Shown: positions 1 through 12,092, counted from the whole stretch's first letter. The stretch is 63,838 nt of DNA, filler included, from Octopus bimaculoides (GCF_001194135.2; 6 parts of 5 records of this genome joined end to end with filler, not necessarily neighbours in it), one strand, 5' to 3'. Numbers and translations: made by a program. The notes: generated by a model not told the origin, from the letters alone.

Positions 1-2134
1 ATATATATATATGTACGTATGTATGTATGTATGTATGTATGTATGTATGTATGTATGTATGCATGCATGCATCAATCAAATTCACCCTCAAGGCATCGTT
101 CGACCTGGGGCGGTAGTAGAAGTTATTTATCCAAGATACCACACAGTGGAACTGAACCTGATGATTGCAAAGCGAGCTTCTTAATCATGTCATACCTGCG
201 CCTATGGATATTTTGTCAAGAATCGTTGACTTGGAATTACTTCCGAAATGAAATCGCACTTCCGGTTTGAAATAACTCTACAGGCATAGTAATGCTTACA
301 GCCGGAAATGCGAAGATTGACGTGTTATTGGCCTGAGAGATTATCTCTAAATGCTGCTATCGTGTTTTTGTTGGCTTTGGTTGCCGACCAAATCTGTCAA
401 AAATATCTCTTATTCGCAATCCATTGATAAGGAAGAGACATGCAATATTTTCCCCTTTCTTTTGGTGGTAAAGACAGTGGCTAAAACCCAAAAGGCTAAG
501 AACTAAATTTTCATATTTAAGTTTAAGGTGAGAGAAGAATTCTTTCGATCATTTTATGAAAGATGACAGGAGGGTTTATTGGTGGATGAAAGGAGAACCA
601 TTCAGTTTCCTGAGAAATCTTTGACTTTGGAGTCGACAGAATGAAATCACTCGGAGAAGAGACTAGTCGGGGTTTGATGTATGTATCCTGTGCTTCCTAA
701 GAAGCCGTCTCTTACCTGTAAGGATCTTATAAATATATATGTATATCGTTGCTCTTTTGCAAAAATGTAAGCCCAAAACGTTGCTTCTTCAGAAAACGAA
801 AAAATAGTTTCATCATTCCAAAGTAAAACCGCTGTACTACACTTTGACAATTATCGATATCTTGGTATCTGAAGCAGCTGGAGATACTATAGTTTGACCA
901 AAAGAAGCGGCTATTGCAAGCAAAAATCAATATTGCAAAAAAACGCATTTTGGCCAAATTTGGACAGATGACAGTTTAACATAATAGAATATATATANNN
1001 NNNNNNNNNNNNNNNNNNNNNNNNNNNNNNNNNNNNNNNNNNNNNNNNNNNNNNNNNNNNNNNNNNNNNNNNNNNNNNNNNNNNNNNNNNNNNNNNNNNN
1101 NNNNNNNNNNNNNNNNNNNNNNNNNNNNNNNNNNNNNNNNNNNNNNNNNNNNNNNNNNNNNNNNNNNNNNNNNNNNNNNNNNNNNNNNNNNNNNNNNNNN
1201 NNNNNNNNNNNNNNNNNNNNNNNNNNNNNNNNNNNNNNNNNNNNNNNNNNNNNNNNNNNNNNNNNNNNNNNNNNNNNNNNNNNNNNNNNNNNNNNNNNNN
1301 NNNNNNNNNNNNNNNNNNNNNNNNNNNNNNNNNNNNNNNNNNNNNNNNNNNNNNNNNNNNNNNNNNNNNNNNNNNNNNNNNNNNNNNNNNNNNNNNNNNN
1401 NNNNNNNNNNNNNNNNNNNNNNNNAACATGTATATTATATACAAAAAACATCTTACATAAATTATCATTGTTTTAAATTATCATTGTTTTAAATACAAGT
1501 TGAAGGAAGTTTAAGTTTAAAATAATAATGAAGATAAAATTAGTACATATTTAACCGGTGTAATAGTTAAAGCTATACTATTTAAAGCTAAAGACGTTTA
1601 TTTAATTATAATTAAAGATCAATTGAATAATAGAAAAATACAAGATTATTTATTTCTACAAACGTAATAATAAAAAATATGAATGAAAAAATTATGAATG
1701 GAAAAAATTATGAATGAAAAAATTAGGAAAGAAAAAATTATTAAGAATAAAAGGTTCACTTCGAGGATGACTAAATGGACGGACCTTAATGAAGCTGCAC
1801 CGACAATATTGCAAGCTTGCATTTGCGACAATGAGTAGTTGCAGCAACGGAAACATGTATGGACCATTATAATATGCTGTATATAGCTATAAAATAAATT
1901 TTATAGATGTACAAGTCTCCATACTCTTTATTATTATCAATATTGATATATACTCCAAACAGATTTTACCGTCCAGCAAAGACTACACGGAATTACCCAT
2001 CGGACGAATTCACAGTAACTAACAACTAATTGTTGTCGGAGACGTTAGATACTGATCGTTGTGGTTAGCCGTTAACTGGAACTTAACTGAGAGCTAATAC
2101 GGCATCCGCCCGGATAATATATCCTTCGAAACTC

Positions 2135-2166
<32 letters not shown>

Positions 2167-2250
2167 GAGTTTCGAAGGATATATTATCTATATATATCTA
2201 CATCTATATATATATATGTATGTATGTATGTATGTATGCATGTATGTATG

Positions 2251-2306
<56 letters not shown>

Positions 2307-2347
2307 CTACGTACGTACGTACACACATACATACATACATACATACA

Positions 2348-2379
<32 letters not shown>

Positions 2380-2698
2380 GCCAATTGTGATAGATTATCA
2401 ATTCGGGCAAAATACTTCATAAGCTCTCTGATGGTACACCAAATTAAAAAAAAAATTTTCGATTAGTGAAGAACGCCAGGTATTCAGAAATGGCCCTGAC
2501 GAAAGTAGCATTAATTTTTTTTAGTTCGTTCAATTTTTCTCAATTGATCAATAGACCAATTGAGTAAACCTATCACCAAATTTGCACCAATAAAGGAAAA
2601 ATACGTAATACAGTTAAATATTTAAGAGATGAGGAATTATGTACATTATTTACATTATTTACATTCGACGGATATTTGTCCTCATCTTGTTTGTTGTT

Positions 2699-2744
2699 AA
2701 TACAACATTTCGGTTAATATACCCTCCAGCCTTCTTCAGGTGTC
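2699..2744 (-). ncRNA. Minimal type I hammerhead ribozyme motif (decayed)
   Basis: Minus strand: GACAC-CTGAAGA-A-GGCTG..TAACC-GAAAT-GTT-GTATT. Core intact; stems I and II carry mismatches. Confidence 0.55.
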
Positions 2745-2876
2745 TTGGGGAAATTTTGAACCTGGGTTCTCATTCCTAAGGTATTTTTCAATGTTATTAT
2801 TATTATTATTATTATTATTGTTGTTGTTGTTGTTGTTGTTGTTATTGCTCGGGTCACTGCTTGGAATCGAACCCGA

Positions 2877-3041
2877 GATGAAGTTAAAATAATAGACAGA
2901 GAACACCACTGGAAAATACGAAAACTAAAAGAAGCAGCACATATGCTAGGACATAACAACCTCCTAAGCAGACCAAGTGCAGATATGAGCAGCATATGGG
3001 AACTGGTATTAAGGAAGGAAAGAAAAATATTAGATTTATAA
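2877..3041 (+). pseudogene. C-terminal fragment of a PLE GIY-YIG endonuclease
   Basis: Translates DEVKIIDREHHWKIRKLKEAAHMLGHNNLLSRPSADMSSIWELVLRKERKILDL*, matching the PLE pattern 'vkILdrE..w.kRkikEa.hi...n.l....lspiW'. Confidence 0.7.
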
Positions 3042-3070
3042 GCCCTAAAATTCAATCCATAATTGCCCAG

Positions 3071-3144
3071 GGACATATGGTGTAGTGGTTAAGAGCACAG
3101 GCTACTAACTCTAAGATTCCGGGTTCGATTTCAAGCAGTTACCT
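3071..3144 (+). other. tRNA-derived segment (Pol III A and B boxes) inside the PLE terminal repeat
   Basis: A-box-like TGGTGTAGTGG (3078-3088), B-box-like GGTTCGATTTC (3122-3132), anticodon-like loop CTACTAA. A partial inverted copy lies at about 2845-2879. Confidence 0.6.
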
Positions 3145-3183
3145 AAATAATAATAATGATAATAACAACAACATCAAAACTTC

Positions 3184-3224
3184 CTGAAGAAGGCTGAAGG
3201 GTATATCAGCCGAAACGTTGTGTT
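3184..3224 (+). ncRNA. Minimal type I hammerhead ribozyme motif (5' strand of stem I lost)
   Basis: CTGAAGA-A-GGCTG(aagggtatat)CAGCC-GAAAC-GTT-GTGTT. Perfect 5-bp stem II and palindromic AACGTT stem III. Confidence 0.6.
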
Positions 3225-3813
3225 AACAAACTAGATGAGGACAAATATCCGTCGAATGCAAAATATGTAATAACCATTATTTGTTTTATACACACACATA
3301 ATCTCATTCATAGATAATATATCCTATGAATCTACAATTATATTTATTATGATGGCACTAACTGAACTGCTATTGCGAGCTGGCAGTATCGTTATCATGC
3401 CGAACAAAATGCTTAGCGTTGGCGACATTTCATCCATCTTTACGTTCTGAGTTCAGCTTTGCCTTTCATCCTTTCGGGATCGATAAAATAAGTACCAGTT
3501 GAACAGTAGAGTCGATGTAATCGATTTACCCCTGCTCTAAAACTACTGGCCTTGTGCCAAAATTTGATAGCATTATTATGATAGATGATAACCATATTGT
3601 ACATCCATATAGTGATTGCTTTATCATTAATTTGGCAAGTGTGAAGGTGACATGTCATTGAGGAAATCTAATATGACTTAAATACGTCCAGTTTTTCTGG
3701 CCCCTGGTTGCCAAAATCAACTTAATATATCATTGGACTGTGCTTTTTTTTTTTTCTTAATGCATATTATATTTTTTCTCTCTCTACATTATGACAGCAA
3801 TAATTATAGTATG

Positions 3814-3995
3814 TAAGGCAGCGAGCTGGCAGAAACGTTAGCACGCCGGGCGAAATGCTTAGCGATATTTCGTCTGTCTTTACGTTCTAAGTTCAAATTC
3901 CGCCTTTCATCCTTTCGGGGTCGATAAATTAAGTACCAGTTTCGTACTGGTTTCGATCTAATCAACTGGCCCTCGCCCCCAATAAAAATTTCGGG
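3814..3995 (+). mobile_element. tRNA-derived SINE family B (GGCGAGCTGGCAGAAACGTTAGCACGCC...)
   Basis: Recurs at about 3374-3570, 11003-11190, 18160-18300(-), 18655-18814, 23125-23305(-), 30385-30548(-), 43449-43620, 45200-45392(-), 47789-48020, 57053-57275, 63690-63792. Confidence 0.85.
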
Positions 3996-4032
3996 CTTTG
4001 TACATAGAGTAAAAAAGAATAATTATAATATA

Positions 4033-4071
<39 letters not shown>

Positions 4072-4229
4072 ATGTGTGTGTATGTATGCATGCGTGAATG
4101 CATGTATGTATATGTGTATGTGTAGATAGATAGAAAGATATAGCCTACAGACACACATACACACACATACATGGCAGAGTATCACATAATATAGTGATTG
4201 CTTTTTACTTGTTGAGTCTGGACGAAGGG

Positions 4230-5090
4230 ACAATCCTCATGACTTTGTGGGCCTTCCAAGACCAGTGAGACTGATATTACTGCTAAGACTTGAGCAGCGA
4301 GGAGATTACAGATGGCTGATGTTCTGGGTAGGATGAACTACCAGCACAGGTCCGAAATAGGTGGACTCAACAAAAAATGAATAGAGATGGAAAGAAGATC
4401 GGGTCGGGGATTCCCGAGAGATAGATGTAGGAGACTAGGCAGCTCTGAAGAACAGAGGCCATTATAGTATAGATAGAAAAGACAGAAGAGGAGCCAATGC
4501 GCTTATGGGGAAAACGTTGGTGGTGTGTCTGTGATTGAATACAAATTTACTGAGTGGCTCTTTCTCTGGACGTGGTCCAAGGTATCAGTGTACATAGCAA
4601 CATGGTCCCAGACGTTGGAAAACTGTGGCAAGAAATAATGTTGGTATGACCCCACTGAAGGATTCTTTCAGGGTCTCCGTTTATTAAATCAGGACTGGTT
4701 TGGCTGCATGTGGTTGATATGTTTGAGGAAGGATAGAGAGTAATGAAGAGTTATGTCATCTTCATAAAAGTAGGCGTTGTTAGGTGGCAACAAGTAGGTC
4801 GTAGATATACAGAAGGAAAAGAGAGCGGGAGACAACAGAACTTTGGGAAACCCCCAAAGTGGATTGAGAGTAGGACAGAAAGAACTCCGTCAGCAGTTAC
4901 CATGATGGTGCGAACAGGTAGAAAACTATGGATCCAAGAGAGATGGGATGGGGATTGTCTTTGGGCGAGAAATTTTGACAGATTTACATACCAGACAAGG
5001 TGGAAGACTGATTTATAGGTCAAAAACTGTATCTCTAAAGTGAGAACCCACAGACGAGTGACATAAAAGAGTTGGAAAATTTTATGAAGT
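4230..5090 (-). mobile_element. Decayed CR1/Jockey-group LINE, RT and downstream region
   Basis: Minus-strand frames give LSWIHSFLPVRTIMVTADGVLS (RT), a frameshifted EDDITL motif, and LDHVQRKAT downstream. Confidence 0.6.
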
Positions 5091-5349
5091 GAGATTATCC
5101 AAATAATTAAGAGATAAAAATTCCTTCCAGGTGAACTTAAAATTTAAAAACAAGCAAGACATAATTCTGACAAGATCAGTTTGGTTGAAGTTTGGAACAC
5201 TAAACGATATGCAGCAATTTGATTGTTTTCCAGCATTTGCTTTGGTCTCGTGATTATATAACTGAGAGTTGAACAGTAGTACTCAATTTATAATAGTGTA
5301 CCTTATTTGAAGTATTTAGATGTGAAGAAACAAGATCAAGTGATTAAAT

Positions 5350-5590
5350 CAGTGGTTCTCAACCAGGGTCCATATCGCCCTTGGGAGAAATATAGGATTT
5401 TGTTGCTAAGGTTTATCTGCAATAAATCGCTTATATTTCTACAATACACAAAATGAAACGATTTTTAATACAATATTTAGTAACAAAAATAATAGCATTT
5501 TTTTCAAAAAGCATTGAATGGCTTTGAGGGTCCACCTGAGTAAAATAGGAATCAAAGGGTTCTTTAGGCAAAAATGGTTGAGAGTCACTG
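5350..5590. mobile_element. hAT (Charlie-like) MITE, 241 bp
   Basis: TIRs CAGTGGTTCTCAACC / GGTTGAGAGTCACTG. Flanking 8-mers GATTAAAT and GGTTAGAT (6/8 identical) fit a decayed 8-bp TSD. Confidence 0.75.
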
Positions 5591-7501
5591 GGTTAGATGT
5601 TCTCTTTTATGACCATAAATTCAGCGGTTCAATTCCTTGAACGGACAGCGCGTTTCTCCTTGAGCACATTTATTTCATGATCCTAGGCAGCTGCACAAGC
5701 ACTGGGTCGGTGCAGCCCCTTTTTCCTTGAGCTGTCACATCCTTAATGTCTCGCTAGGTCTGCCTGCTTGTGACCAAGTCATACCCGTTGACGAGCAACG
5801 GCCGGCTGTATTTCAGTTATGTCCCTTTATGCTTTGCATTATTTCACCGAGGTTGAGCGTATAATTTCAGTTTTTCCTTCGCTGTTACAACAGTTGATTA
5901 AAATCGATTTAACGGATCTACGCTACTTCTCCCCAATTTTATAGAATTGCGTGAAAATTTGGAATAAATTTTTTCAGGAATGTTTCCGGTCAATATTGTA
6001 CCTTACAGTATTGTGTTCAAATCAAAGCTATATTAATGTGAATTCGGTCTTCTAGGGTCCTGCAGGCTTTCAATTCAGAAGCGTCTCCAATATTTCCGCT
6101 TTATGCCCAGTAATAAAATATAACTAGCATAGATTCCTGACAATTTTTTCAAACCTCATTTCCAACTAACATCGATTCTCGTAAGACTATAGAGAAGCGC
6201 TCAAACATGTGTCCATGCATTGATTACATATCAAAATTATGGTTTTCTAGTAATACTTATTTGTAATTAAAATACATGGCGTGCGAACACTAAATTGCCA
6301 TACAAAACCGGGGTCCAACTTCCAGGGAAGTCCTTCATCCCAAATCCGTGAGATGGAGGAAATTTACTACGCATTTAAAATCTACCTTCCCACCCAAAAC
6401 AAATATTTAAGTAACTATTAATTCAGCAGTAATCGCGGACCAGTTAGAGTTTATGTTGCCGCTAAACTTGTTAAAAAAACAGCAGCTAAAATCTTTTAAA
6501 TACTGGTGTCTTTCGAAGGAAGACAAGACAATGCAGTTCTAGATGTAGTCTAGAGGAAAAAAAAAAATTAAGCTTTCAGTGAACTGATGATTTCCGTTTG
6601 CAGCAGACAGCTGTCGCTTGTCAACGCGTATATCTGGAACCAACCAGTTCGTGACAGCCGAGAAGGGCTACCTGGAGGGAACCTTCAATTTTAAATATTC
6701 GATATTAACACTTCTCCGATAATCAACCTATTCTATCTTGGTTTGTTATTCACGCAACGAAATACCTGATAGAAGACATACCACTTCCCCACAGAGTTTA
6801 CAGAACAGTAAATCGAGTTAACTAGGTTGGCTGTTTACCTCTGCACCTCGACCTAGCAGAAAACAAGCAGCAACAATACCAGTGTTTAAATACATGGGGC
6901 GAACGTTAAGACAACAACGAAATAGCTAAATCATATCCAGCCTCAACCACTGGGAATACCTTTCATAACGTAATCTACCGAAGATTAATTGCTGGTATTT
7001 TTCGACGTTTGACGTTTACTCAATCAGAGATGACCTGGGGGAAAAAAAAAGACACGCAGCGAAAGAGAAAGGCCGAATACAGGCCACCTCTAAACGGCTC
7101 TTCGGAACCCGCATTAAGATGTTTAACCAGTCAATTTAAGTACTGTGGGCATAAAATTATTTACATTTTCGTTTATCCTTGCATATTTAGGGTTTCCTTG
7201 ATTCGAAAAATAAAATTGTACATTCGTTGGTCAGTTTGAAACGACGGACAAATCTTCGTCAGTTCCAGTCTTAAGTGATCAAGACGGAAAATCAAAATAT
7301 ATCTGAAATATGAAATGACATGATAATCACAGCTCTGATGTCCGACCTACACTGGTCGGAAAATGGTTAAAGCCTATCCATCCGATAACATCGGTGATCT
7401 CTAAATATAACAAATAATACGTAGTAATAGATCTTGTTTAAACAGATATCTTCACAGTAGATATAAAAGAAATAACGAAACTCATTAAATAAAGTTCATA
7501 T

Positions 7502-7507
7502 TTTATT
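7502..7507 (-). terminator. Candidate polyadenylation signal AATAAA of the H1 gene
   Basis: tttatt on the plus strand, about 720 nt downstream of the H1 stop. No histone stem-loop consensus was seen after the stop. Confidence 0.4.
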
Positions 7508-8225
7508 TGTACGCACATGGAACGTGACAATTTCCAAAATGAATCCCCACAAGAACCCTCTCAGAGTCAAATGGACAGTGTTCTTGGGCGAGACATGCAA
7601 GTTTGAACTAGTGTCAGTGTTGGGTCTGGTGTTGTGATTAAATAAATACGCATTTGATTATTCATGAGGGATAATGAATGGCGTGATTAGTTCAGGATTC
7701 ACTCACAGAGTGAAAAATTAAATATTAACGTTTTTTTTCTCCCTAAAGTAATCGATCAATGAAGATCGATGACAAAAGTGTAAGGTGATGAGTTTTTAGA
7801 ACAAATGTGTTTTTTTTAATATCTGAAGATATTATGGTGAGGTGAGAGTTGAATGATGAACATGACAAAACTAATTTGTATTCATGGGAAATGTGCTGAA
7901 AAGTGGATGAAATAATTTTGTATACAGTGATGAGCCAAAATTTTTCTTTTTTTTTTTGCCCTAAAAATATAGAATTTAAAAGTTTTTGGAATTAACAGAG
8001 GAAATAGTTGGGGCAGTCAGATGAGAAAACTTCCTCACACCAACTAACGTTATCGAAGCTGTCGTTGAGATGGATAGCAGCTCGAGGACCCATAGACAAT
8101 GTGTGTATATGTACATCAGGATGTTGAAGTAATGAAGAATGATTGTTTTCTGTTGTATTCTTGGAGGCTGCAGTCTGTATATAAAGAATTTCTATAAACA
8201 TTAGTTCACTCCCTTTAAACAGCAA

Positions 8226-8762
8226 CTATTTCTTGGATGCGGACTTCTTTGGCTTTGGTTTAGATTTGGTACTCTTTTTGGCGGCTGTTTTTGCTTTCTT
8301 TGGTGTCTTTGGCTTTTTCACGGGTTTGGCAACTTTCGCTTTCTTTACTTTTTTGTCTGCCTTCTTGGGTGATTTGGTTACTTTCTTCGGAGCCTTTGCC
8401 TTCTTTGGTTTTGTTTTACCGGCGCTTTTAGTCTTGGTCTTCTTTTTCTCTTCCTTTTTAGCTGAACCGAGCTTGAAAGATCCAGACGCACCGGATCCCT
8501 TGGATTGTTTCAAGGCCCCAGTACGCACACCACGTTTAAGGCCCAATTTTAACTGTGCTATAGCCCCTTTGTCATCGGGAGATACTTTGTACTGTTTGAC
8601 AATATATTTGCTAATGGCTTGACGAGAAGAACCCCCTTTTTCAGCAAGGGCAGTGATCGCTTCTGTGATCATGGTATTGTAAGCCGGATATCTGGAAGCT
8701 TTTTTTGCTTTTGCTGCCTTTTTGGTTGTGGCGGCGGCCTTCTGTTCAGTTGTTTCAGCCAT
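8226..8762 (-). CDS. H1: Linker histone H1 (H1.0/H1-delta-like replication-independent variant), 178 aa, single exon
   Basis: ORF has a short basic N-tail, a winged-helix globular domain (YPAYNTMITEAITALAEKGGSSRQAISKYI...LKLGLKRGVRTGALKQSKGSGASGSFKL) and a Lys/Ala/Pro-rich C-tail with a SPKK motif. Purine at -3 and G at +4 around the ATG. Subtype call is inference. Confidence 0.97.
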   Translation of the reverse strand: MAETTEQKAAATTKKAAKAKKASRYPAYNTMITEAITALAEKGGSSRQAISKYIVKQYKVSPDDKGAIAQLKLGLKRGVRTGALKQSKGSGASGSFKLGSAKKEEKKKTKTKSAGKTKPKKAKAPKKVTKSPKKADKKVKKAKVAKPVKKPKTPKKAKTAAKKSTKSKPKPKKSASKK

Positions 8763-9026
8763 GTCGGGTTAAATGTAATTTGACAGAAATACACTGGTCG
8801 GCAAGGTAAAAAGTTAAAAACGATAGACAATACAAAGAGCGAGCGAGCTAGTGGTAGTAGTTGTAATAACAACAGCAGCCAGCTAACGAAGTTCACCTAC
8901 AGGATGAGATAAATGTATCTGCCACAATCGCCACCACCAACTGATGTAAGCAGCGCGCGGACGTAGCAGAAAACACACAACATTGCTTAGCGCTCACCTT
9001 AGAAATGTAGCCTGCTGTACAACTAG

Positions 9027-9033
9027 TGTGTTT
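9027..9033 (-). promoter_or_regulatory. Putative H1 box (AC box, AAACACA) upstream of H1
   Basis: AAACACA on the coding strand about 265 nt upstream of the ATG, near a GC/CpG-rich patch (8950-8965). The short motif could occur by chance. Confidence 0.4.
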
Positions 9034-10259
9034 ATTAACCAACTTCATCAGTTGGTTGGAAATAATTGAACTAATTGAAAATTTTTATTTAGTGATAATT
9101 ATCATCTGCAGACATTAAACTTTCTTTCTAAGTAATTTTTATCCACATTCCAGCTATTTATGCAGGTTTATTTTAAAATTTAGTCAGCTCCACTTACACT
9201 GTAAAACTTGGCTAGCATACTTCTAATTTTTATATTTCAAAAACTACTGCATGTATTTTAACAAAATTTGTACAGGTAATAGTTTATAGATACAAAATTA
9301 ATTATATGGTGCTAAAGTAGATTTTGGCTGCACAATCTCTCTGTAAAGTTGAGATGAAGTAAGATACGAGAAACACAACTGCTCCGACTGCCGCCATTTT
9401 CCCTCGAATTAGAATGTCAACATTTGCAATAAAGCTTTGAAATAATAGAAATATATATATTTTCTAATATATTTAATGACTCTGATTTACCAGAAAATCA
9501 GTATCAAATACTTTTCTAGCATTCAATTATCCTGCAAACACGACTAACAACCTACAGAAGTAAGTTCAATCTATGATAACTACTGGTAAGTGTTGTGCGC
9601 AAGGAGAAAATAGGAAGCAGTTCCAACTCACAAAATTATAACATTATTTTACTTAATATCCTTCGTTAACTTGCAAAGATTTATTATATTAATATATATT
9701 CGGTTATAATATAAAGCTATGAAGATAATGTACTATAACTTATGATGGTTTACATGAAATATAGCAGTTTTTTCCATTGAAGAATGGTTACAAACAAGGT
9801 ACATAAGATCTTCCTAATATACTATGGTTTTTCTTGATATCTATTTTTGCATCTAAAACTGAGAAAACAATACAGGTTCAGAGTATGAGAAATTAAGTGA
9901 TTGATTCCTCATTTTCATTAATTTGGCTTGTATTGATAAATAACAAAAAACTAAATGTCTGTTATTTCTTTGAGAAAAGATTTTTAATTATTTTCTCTTT
10001 GCGGGAGAAAATTAACCGAGGAGGAAGAGCAAAAGAACTTTACAATTAAACGAAACCTGAAAGGCCCATAAATAAGCAATTCATTACGACTAACGAAATA
10101 ATGTTTAAAATCAACAAAGTTTTTAACTTTCTTGTAAACTTCATAAATCAGATTAAAAACAAGAAGTAATTCAGACAATCAAATCTACAACCACACACAC
10201 ACACGCACATACATGCATACGAATATATAAGCGTGCATGTATGTATATTAGTATGTATG

Positions 10260-10307
<48 letters not shown>

Positions 10308-10732
10308 NNNNNNNNNNNNNNNNNNNNNNNNNNNNNNNNNNNNNNNNNNNNNNNNNNNNNNNNNNNNNNNNNNNNNNNNNNNNNNNNNNNNNNNNNNNNN
10401 NNNNNNNNNNNNNNNNNNNNNNNNNNNNNNNNNNNNNNNNNNNNNNNNNNNNNNNNNNNNNNNNNNNNNNNNNNNNNNNNNNNNNNNNNNNNNNNNNNNN
10501 NNNNNNNNNNNNNNNNNNNNNNNNNNNNNNNNNNNNNNNNNNNNNNNNNNNNNNNNNNNNNNNNNNNNNNNNNNNNNNNNNNNNNNNNNNNNNNNNNNNN
10601 NNNNNNNNNNNNNNNNNNNNNNNNNNNNNNNNNNNNNNNNNNNNNNNNNNNNNNNNNNNNNNNNNNNNNNNNNNNNNNNNNNNNNNNNNNNNNNNNNNNN
10701 NNNNNNNNNNNNNNNNNNNNNNATATATATAT

Positions 10733-10805
<73 letters not shown>

Positions 10806-11297
10806 CATACATACATACATACAAAGAGATAACGAAACTTCAGTCGAGCATATATGTGCGTGTGTGTATATGGATGTATGTACCCCAAAATGCACAAGGT
10901 TGACGATACGATGCACACGCACACAGTCACGCATGCACCCATGCACACACAAACGCACACGCGCGTGCATGTTGTATAAGATTTTAGTATTAACACACAG
11001 ATAGTGGAATGGCAAGGTTGGTGAAGCGCTGGCCAAAATACCTTGCGGTATTAGCCTACATCTGCTAATATTACAAGTTCAAATCCACCCAGGATGACAT
11101 TGCTTTCTATCTTTCCAAGGCCGATAAAATAAGTCAAATACTGATATAGAAGTAGTTGCCTTATGTACTTGAAGGGGGCACAAGTCCTGGGAAAGAAAGC
11201 ACTTAAAGATTGAACGAACACGAGTGCATTTAATCAAAGGCAGCCGTTCATTTATATACACAAATTAGTGTGTGTATAAGATGAACGGGTGTATGTA

Positions 11298-11336
<39 letters not shown>

Positions 11337-11436
11337 NNNNNNNNNNNNNNNNNNNNNNNNNNNNNNNNNNNNNNNNNNNNTTAATTAATTAANNNNNNNN
11401 NNNNNNNNNNNNNNNNNNNNNNNNNNNNNNNNNNNN
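11337..11436. other. Artificial scaffold-join spacer N44-TTAATTAATTAA-N44
   Basis: The same 12-mer, flanked by N runs, sits at 11381, 26221, 28757, 31711 and 36968. It encodes stops in all six frames. Confidence 0.95.
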
Positions 11437-11887
11437 GAGAGAGAGAGAGAGAGAGAGAAGAAGAAGAAGAAGAAGAAGAAGAAGAAGAAGAAGAAGAAGA
11501 AGAAGAAGAAGAAGAAGAAGAAGATCGGGGCTCAGCATTAGACTAGTACTTAATTTATCGATCATTAGAGAATGAATAGCGTAATGTTCCTCGACCACAC
11601 TGTGGTATTTCAGCACACAGTAAAGAGAACCGAAACGGATATAACTCTGATACATAAAATGGTTTGCCAGAAACATACAAAAAGGATCACCCTAAATTGA
11701 AAGAGGATCATTCTATATTATAAAGTATATATATATATGTTCCAAATGGAAATAGATGCTCAATCAGAACGGATCTTCATGGAATTCTTTATTGTAACAA
11801 GCTAGGGCTCCAAACAATTATAATGACGAAACGTGCGTAGGGATTTTAATATAAGCTTCTATCGATCCTTTTTTTTTTTTTCATTTA

Positions 11888-12051
11888 TAGGCGCAGGAGT
11901 GGCTGTGTGGTAAGTAGCTTGCTTACCAACCACATGGTTCCGGGTTCAGTCCCTCTGCGTGGCTCCTTGGGCAAGTATCTTCTACTATAGCCTCGGGCCG
12001 ACCAAAGCCTTGTGAGTGGATTTGGTAGACGGAAACTGAAAGAAGCCCGTC

Positions 12052-12092
<41 letters not shown>

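Larger units (their letters stand above)
2645..3272 (+). mobile_element. 5'-truncated Penelope-like element with inverted pseudo-LTRs
   Basis: Arms 2645-2879 (minus) and about 3113-3272 (plus) are inverted copies flanking a GIY-YIG C-terminal coding remnant. Both arms carry a hammerhead core. Confidence 0.75.

Noticed and set aside
911-1468. Long ORFs made of X, or of YI/CV/TH/LS repeats (here and across the window)
   Set aside because: They run through N gaps or microsatellites and are not coding evidence.
3071-3144. Functional tRNA gene (also the SINE heads at 20400-20475, 34917-34990, 59160-59226)
   Set aside because: Stems are mismatched, there is no proper acceptor end or terminator, and each continues into a dispersed repeat body.
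7068-7088. AAAGGCCGAATACAGGCCACC resembling a histone 3' stem-loop
   Set aside because: Wrong strand for the H1 gene, more than 1.1 kb from its stop, and it lacks the 6-bp stem with a 4-nt U-rich loop.
8233-8622. 129-aa Phe-rich ORF antisense to H1, and the 75-aa ORF at 8669-8896
   Set aside because: Shadow frames of Lys-rich H1 codons and its UTR; no independent evidence.
11381-11392. Recurrent TTAATTAATTAA as a homeobox-like or biological repeat
   Set aside because: Always centred in N runs; an assembly linker.
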